From the NCBI GenBank assembly GCA_963841435.1, contig CAWJCS010000005.1, positions 480,001 to 544,000 of the forward strand: a stretch of 64,000 bases of DNA, read 5' to 3'. The DNA is from an uncultured delta proteobacterium. Lineage in GTDB: Bacteria > Myxococcota_A > Polyangia > Polyangiales > Polyangiaceae. Of the stretch, positions 59,501 through 64,000 are shown in pieces. Below the pieces are notes generated by a model. That model did not search any database. It worked only from the letters and a program-made list of their open reading frames with translations, and had not been told where the DNA came from. Made by a program: the position numbers and the translations under genes. Every line of letters starts with the position of its first letter. Positions within the stretch are counted from its first letter, which is position 1.

Positions 59501-60289
59501 TCAAGCGCTCGCGCGGCGGGCCACCGCGAGAGCCCGCGCGCGCCGGCCGAGCTGTCGCGCGCTCAGGTACCAATCGGCGCGCCCCGCGAGGTACGCGCGG
59601 AACAGCGCGGGAATGCGGAAGTAGTGCATCTCGATGCGCGGCGCGTCGGTGAGGTCGGCGTCACGGCGGGCGCGGTCGAGACCCGTGCCGACCGAAACGC
59701 GGCTGTGGCGCGCGAGCTCGGCGCGCACGCGGGCGTCGGAGCGGCCGTACGGCGGCGCGAACGTCTCGGTGGGGCGACCGAGTCGCTCGCCGATCTCGGC
59801 CTGCGAACGCTTTATCTCGTCCTGCAGCCGGTCGAGCGGCAGCGCGGTGAGATCGGCGTGCGTCACCGAGTGACCCCCGAAATCGACGCCAGCCGCCGCG
59901 AGGTCCACGACCGTGCTCCAGCTCATGAGCTTTCGCGGCGGCGAGTTCTTGCCGACCCAGCTTTCGCTCCCGCCGAGGCAGCCCGTGGGCAAGAACACCG
60001 TCGCGGCGAGGCGGTGTTGCTGGAGGAAGGGGAACGCCGCGTCCGCGAAGTCCTGAAAGCCGTCGTCGAAGGTGATGACGACGGTACGTTCGGGGAGACT
60101 CAGCTCGCCACGCTGCCAGGCCGCGAGCGCCACGAGCGGGACCACGTTGGCGCCCGATTCGACGAGCGCCTCCATGTGCTGGCGAAACAGGTCGACGGGA
60201 ATGCTGGTCGGCCCTGGATCGCTCGCGATGGAGTGGTACATGAGAATGTCCACCCGCGCATCCCAGCCGCCATCAGTCCTCGACGACAT
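59501..60289 (-). CDS. Polysaccharide deacetylase (CE4, IcaB-like)
   Basis: ILMYH, ITFDDG, GGHSVTH, FAPPYG. Confidence 0.88.
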   Translation of the reverse strand: MSSRTDGGWDARVDILMYHSIASDPGPTSIPVDLFRQHMEALVESGANVVPLVALAAWQRGELSLPERTVVITFDDGFQDFADAAFPFLQQHRLAATVFLPTGCLGGSESWVGKNSPPRKLMSWSTVVDLAAAGVDFGGHSVTHADLTALPLDRLQDEIKRSQAEIGERLGRPTETFAPPYGRSDARVRAELARHSRVSVGTGLDRARRDADLTDAPRIEMHYFRIPALFRAYLAGRADWYLSARQLGRRARALAVARRASA

Positions 60290-61739
60290 GCGACTCGAAT
60301 TCCTTTCGGTACTCCCCCCAGCGCGCGTGGTCGAAGCTGCCGTCGGACTTGAAGCAATCGCTCGCGGCGTACGCCATGGTCATGGCGTGGTGGGTGTTGT
60401 CGTGGGCGAACAGGCCCTGCCGGCCGAACGTCAGTAGGTTTTCGAGCTCCGAGAACCAGCGGTCGACGATGCGGAAGCGCCCCTCGTAGTCGCGATCGTA
60501 GACGGGGTAAGCGAAGCGTAGCTTGCGCGTGACGGTCTTCAGCACGGGCGCCTTCACCGGCAATCCGACGCCTTCGAGCCACTCGCAGAAACGCCGCCCG
60601 AGCTCGTCGTCGCTGAGATCCCACTCCGGCTGGCCCGGATCCGACGGCAGCTCGGCGCAAAGCACCGTCTTGCCCTCGGGCTCGGTCGTGCCGCTGTAAT
60701 TCTTGGGCTCCGACATGCGTGAGATGGGGATCGACTGTTCGGGGAAATAGTGCGCGTCGTACTCGGTGAACTGCGAGGTGCCGAGCACGAGGTAGATGAG
60801 GATCATGCCGCGGAATTTGATGCCCTTCGCGGCCTCGACGATCTCCACGGGCGGCGCCGGGTCGAGCATGCGAACGAGCGCCGTGACGGGCAGCGTCAAC
60901 CAAACGGCGTCGGCGGGCGCGACCTCCACGTTGCCGTCCTTCTCGAAACGGACCGATTTCACGCGCATGCCGTCGCGCTCGATGCCGACGACGCCGGACC
61001 CGAGGCGGATCTCGGCGCCGAGCTCCTTGGCCGACTCGGCGAAGCGCTCGGAGATCGAGCCGAAACCGTGGCGGGGGTACAGAAAGCCGACGCCCTGCTT
61101 GCTGCCGAAACCGGGCACCTGCCTCAGCACCTTCCTCAGGATCTTGGGAATGGAGCTGCCCGAGACCCGGCGCTTGGCGAGCGTCACGGCAAGCTCGGTC
61201 GGCTCGAGGCCCCAGAGCTTGCGCACGTACGGATAGTAGAAGGCTTGGCTCATCGCGGGCCCGAGGCCGCGCTCGAGCACCGTCGCGAAGTTCTCGTCGT
61301 CGGCGGGGGCGCGCGGCACGAGCTTTCTCAGGCTGTCGAAGGCAAGCGACGCGATGAAGCTCTTCGGCAAGCGCACGGCGAGATCCACGGGCTTGAGCGG
61401 GAAGTGGATCCAGCGCCCCTTGAGCAGGATGCGGCCGTGGCGAGGGCGCCAGAGCAGGTCGTCGCCGAGCAGGGCGCGGATGTCGTCCATCACGCGCGGC
61501 TCGACGACGGGGTGAAGGCGGTGGCTGCCGTGATCGCAATGCACACCCTCGAGCATGAAGCTGCCGGCGTTGCCGCCCACCTGCCCACGCTGCTCGAGCA
61601 AGAGCACGCTGGCCTGCTCATTTTTCACGAGGCAGCGCGCGGCGGCCACACCCGCCGGTCCACCGCCGAGCACCACGACGCGCGGGCGCGCGCCCTCGGC
61701 GGAACCATTCGACACGGGGCCTTGAGCGTTGCTGGTCAT
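60273..61739 (-). CDS. FAD-dependent oxidoreductase (HemY/UDP-galactopyranose mutase-like)
   Basis: LGGGPAG, VGGNAGS, DHGSHR, YPRHGFG, AYPVY, GRQGLF.HDN.HH; start MTSNAQG. Confidence 0.8.
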   Translation of the reverse strand: MTSNAQGPVSNGSAEGARPRVVVLGGGPAGVAAARCLVKNEQASVLLLEQRGQVGGNAGSFMLEGVHCDHGSHRLHPVVEPRVMDDIRALLGDDLLWRPRHGRILLKGRWIHFPLKPVDLAVRLPKSFIASLAFDSLRKLVPRAPADDENFATVLERGLGPAMSQAFYYPYVRKLWGLEPTELAVTLAKRRVSGSSIPKILRKVLRQVPGFGSKQGVGFLYPRHGFGSISERFAESAKELGAEIRLGSGVVGIERDGMRVKSVRFEKDGNVEVAPADAVWLTLPVTALVRMLDPAPPVEIVEAAKGIKFRGMILIYLVLGTSQFTEYDAHYFPEQSIPISRMSEPKNYSGTTEPEGKTVLCAELPSDPGQPEWDLSDDELGRRFCEWLEGVGLPVKAPVLKTVTRKLRFAYPVYDRDYEGRFRIVDRWFSELENLLTFGRQGLFAHDNTHHAMTMAYAASDCFKSDGSFDHARWGEYRKEFESHVVED

Positions 61740-62765
61740 CCGTTGGTCTCGTCCGTTCCCAAAACCCCCGCCACGGTGCCGGCGCTCGCGCCGGGCACTC
61801 CTTTGTGCGCTTCTACCTCTCGGCGCCGCGACCTGGAAAGCACCATCATGAAGAGGCCGCCCAGAAGGCCGCTCGTAAACAGGATGGATTGCCAGAGCAA
61901 ACCGACCGCCACGACACGGGCCGGCGCCGCGCCGAAGGGCGCGAGCAGCGCCGCGAGGCTCGCCTCGCGCACGCCGAGGCCCCCGACGCTGATGGGCAGC
62001 ACGGCGAGCAGCTTGGAGGTCGACCAGGCGAAAAACCAGGCCGCGGTAGGCGCGATCACCCCGCTCTCGCGAGCGAGCATCACGTTCACCCCCACGAAGG
62101 TCAACTGGATCGAGAGCGACAGCAGGAAACACAGGGCGAGCGCGCCGCGGCGCCGGCTCAGACCCCCGAGCGCGGCACGCAGCTTGTTGAACGAGGGTGC
62201 GAAGACGTCCTTTGAAGGGCAAGCGGTCGACGATCACGAGAAAGCCGGCCCCGCAGAGCAGAATCAGCAAGAGCACGCCGCCGGCCCGACCGAGCACGGC
62301 GCCCGTGTCAGCGCCGCCCGTCGCGAGCGCGCCACCGACGCAGGCCAGCGTGAACACGCTGAGCGTGTCCACGAGGCGGTCCGCGAGCGAGCCGACGGCG
62401 ACGCGCGTCTTGTCGGTGGCGTTGCGGATCACGAGCCCGGCGCGCACGACGTCACCCCCGGCGGCGCCCGGCAGGCAAAGGTTCGCCACGAGGCCCGCGA
62501 AATGGGCCCGGAGCGCCCGGCCGATACCGACCTCGCCGTCCTCGCTGATCAGCAAGCGCCACTTGAGCGCCGACACGACGTGACCCGAAAGGAAGATCAC
62601 GAGCGAGACGAGCCACACCGTGAGCGATAACCGCCGTACCGCGCCGACCACCTCCTGCGTGGGCAAGAGATAGAGCGTCACGGAAAGCACGACCGCCGAC
62701 ACCGCGATCCGCACGGCCCAGCCCGTTGGAATGCGCCGGGCCGGCTTCGATTCGGGTGCCGTCAC
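61736..62765 (-). CDS. Lysylphosphatidylglycerol-synthase-TM/flippase-like protein (frameshift near 62190)
   Basis: KWRLL, NLCLPGAAGGDVVR, DRLVD in frame 1; LPISVGGLGVRE in frame 2. Confidence 0.78.
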
Positions 62766-62778
62766 GCAGAGGCTCCGC

Positions 62779-63756
62779 TCACGGACGCAAGTGGAGTCTC
62801 GAGATCATGTCGGCGATCAGCCCGAGCGACCAGGCCATCACGCCGAACAGGAACGCGAGCACCGCGCTCTCGGACAGGTTCCAAAGGTAGATGTCGTACG
62901 CGAGCTTCACCGACCCGAGCAGCATCCAGGCCGCCCCCATGGGCAAAAACACGCGGAGCGGCCGGAACAGCGTCACGACCCGCAAAACGAGCAGCACGAA
63001 GGCGAAGAAATCCGTGGCCCGAATCTTCGAGGTACCGATGCGACGCCCGTAGGTGATGGGGAAATAGGTGACGTCCAGATCCGAGCACAGCATCGCGAGC
63101 GTGATCGTGGTCGTGAAGGAAAAGCCCTCCGGCAGGAGCGGCAAGAAGGGCGTGAGCGAGCTGCGCTTGAAAACGCGGAGCCCAGAATTCAAATCCGGGA
63201 TCTTTCGCTTCGCGAGGTAACGCGCGAGCGAATTCAACATGAACTTCGCAGGCCGCCGGATGAGCGGGACGTTCTTCATGGCGGCGCCTCGATCGGCAAC
63301 CACCATGTCGACCGAGCCCGCCAGATCGAGCATGCCGGGGATGGCGGCCGCGGGGTAGGTGCCGTCGGCGTCGGTGATCACGACGAACGCGGAGTTCCCG
63401 GCGAGGATGCCCTTCTTGAGCGATGAGCCGTAGCCGCGGTTCCTGAACTGGTGGAGCACGCGCGCGCCGGTCTTCTCGGCGGCTTGCCCCGTCCCGTCCG
63501 TCGAGCCGTCGTTGACGACGATGACCTCGTAGCTCAGCCCGAGCCGCGACATCACGTTCTCGACCTCGGCGACTCCGTTCGCGATACCGTTCTCTTCGTT
63601 GTAGGCCGGGATCACCACGGAAACGTTAACGTAGGGCGCTGGCTCCGGCTGGATCGGATGCGCCCGACGGCTGGGCGGCACCGCCAGCGTGGTCTGCATC
63701 AACGCCGCCGCGCCCGTTTCGTGCGCTGCCACGGCGCTTTCCTTGGGCGCGGTCAT
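62779..63756 (-). CDS. GT2 glycosyltransferase (polyprenol-phosphate glycosyltransferase/DPM-like)
   Basis: VVIPAYNEE, VNDGSTDGT, NRGYG, TDADG, DLNSGLR, two C-terminal TMs. Confidence 0.88.
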   Translation of the reverse strand: MTAPKESAVAAHETGAAALMQTTLAVPPSRRAHPIQPEPAPYVNVSVVIPAYNEENGIANGVAEVENVMSRLGLSYEVIVVNDGSTDGTGQAAEKTGARVLHQFRNRGYGSSLKKGILAGNSAFVVITDADGTYPAAAIPGMLDLAGSVDMVVADRGAAMKNVPLIRRPAKFMLNSLARYLAKRKIPDLNSGLRVFKRSSLTPFLPLLPEGFSFTTTITLAMLCSDLDVTYFPITYGRRIGTSKIRATDFFAFVLLVLRVVTLFRPLRVFLPMGAAWMLLGSVKLAYDIYLWNLSESAVLAFLFGVMAWSLGLIADMISRLHLRP

Positions 63757-64000
63757 CCCGACAGATCCTCCAGCATATTCGTTCGCAAGCCCTGCCTATT
63801 ACCTTACCTATAGCCTAGTCGCGCGGGTCAACGTGAGCCGCATCCGTGACAATGCCCCTAGCAATGCCGGGAGCGCGTGTCACCGTGGTTTCGCGAAGGC
63901 CTCGCACGCGCCAAGGCGAGGAGGGCCTTCGCGGGGCGCACGGGGGGCTTCGGCCGTTGCTGGACCGGCCCTCCAGGTTAGAGTGACCCCATGCAGGTCG

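Noticed and set aside
60273-62765. Apparent 830-aa flippase-oxidoreductase fusion in the ORF track
   Set aside because: Caused by the frameshift at ~62190; the flippase C-terminus is in another frame and the oxidoreductase has its own ATG at 61739
63991-64000. Possible start of a + strand gene (ATG CAG GTC)
   Set aside because: Too little sequence to call

Overview
High-GC (~70%) bacterial chromosome segment, most likely from a Polyangiaceae-type myxobacterium (MYXO-CTERM-like tails, Gly-rich linker lipoproteins, STAND adenylate cyclase, DUF2330-like protein). 1-25 kb is a low-oxygen/redox island: CBS proteins, TrxC, a complete cbb3 oxidase operon (fused ccoNO, Q, P, G, H, DsbD-like, I, S), a P-type ATPase, three universal stress proteins, PEP synthase, hemerythrin, two hybrid kinases (one FixL-like PAS), an FAD monooxygenase and a photolyase. 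Five of its transcription units carry sigma54 -24/-12 promoters, and they share a repeated palindrome GCGCA-N5-TGCGC, often in pairs about 30 bp apart. 25-43 kb holds accessory and housekeeping genes: permease, a deleted SGNH/MBOAT pair, GH30, cyclase, glcD-like, aat, a cytochrome P460-like lipoprotein with a CxCH motif, cysD/cysNC, and a ~200-bp MITE. The best candidate for a new system is at 43.9-46.1 kb: a sigma54-driven radical SAM/SPASM enzyme resembling PlpX-type spliceases, translationally coupled to a Zn-ribbon/lipoprotein substrate whose only mature-region tyrosines lie in two YG(G/A)PP motifs. 46-64 kb holds a PASTA protein, an LPMO-like surface protein, a divergent RlmN paralog with a CxxCH lipoprotein, an Opp-type ABC transporter lacking ATPases, and an arn-like lipid-linked glycosylation operon. 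Several single-base frameshifts are probably sequencing errors. No rRNA, tRNA or CRISPR array was seen. All family assignments come from motif recognition by eye, not from database searches.
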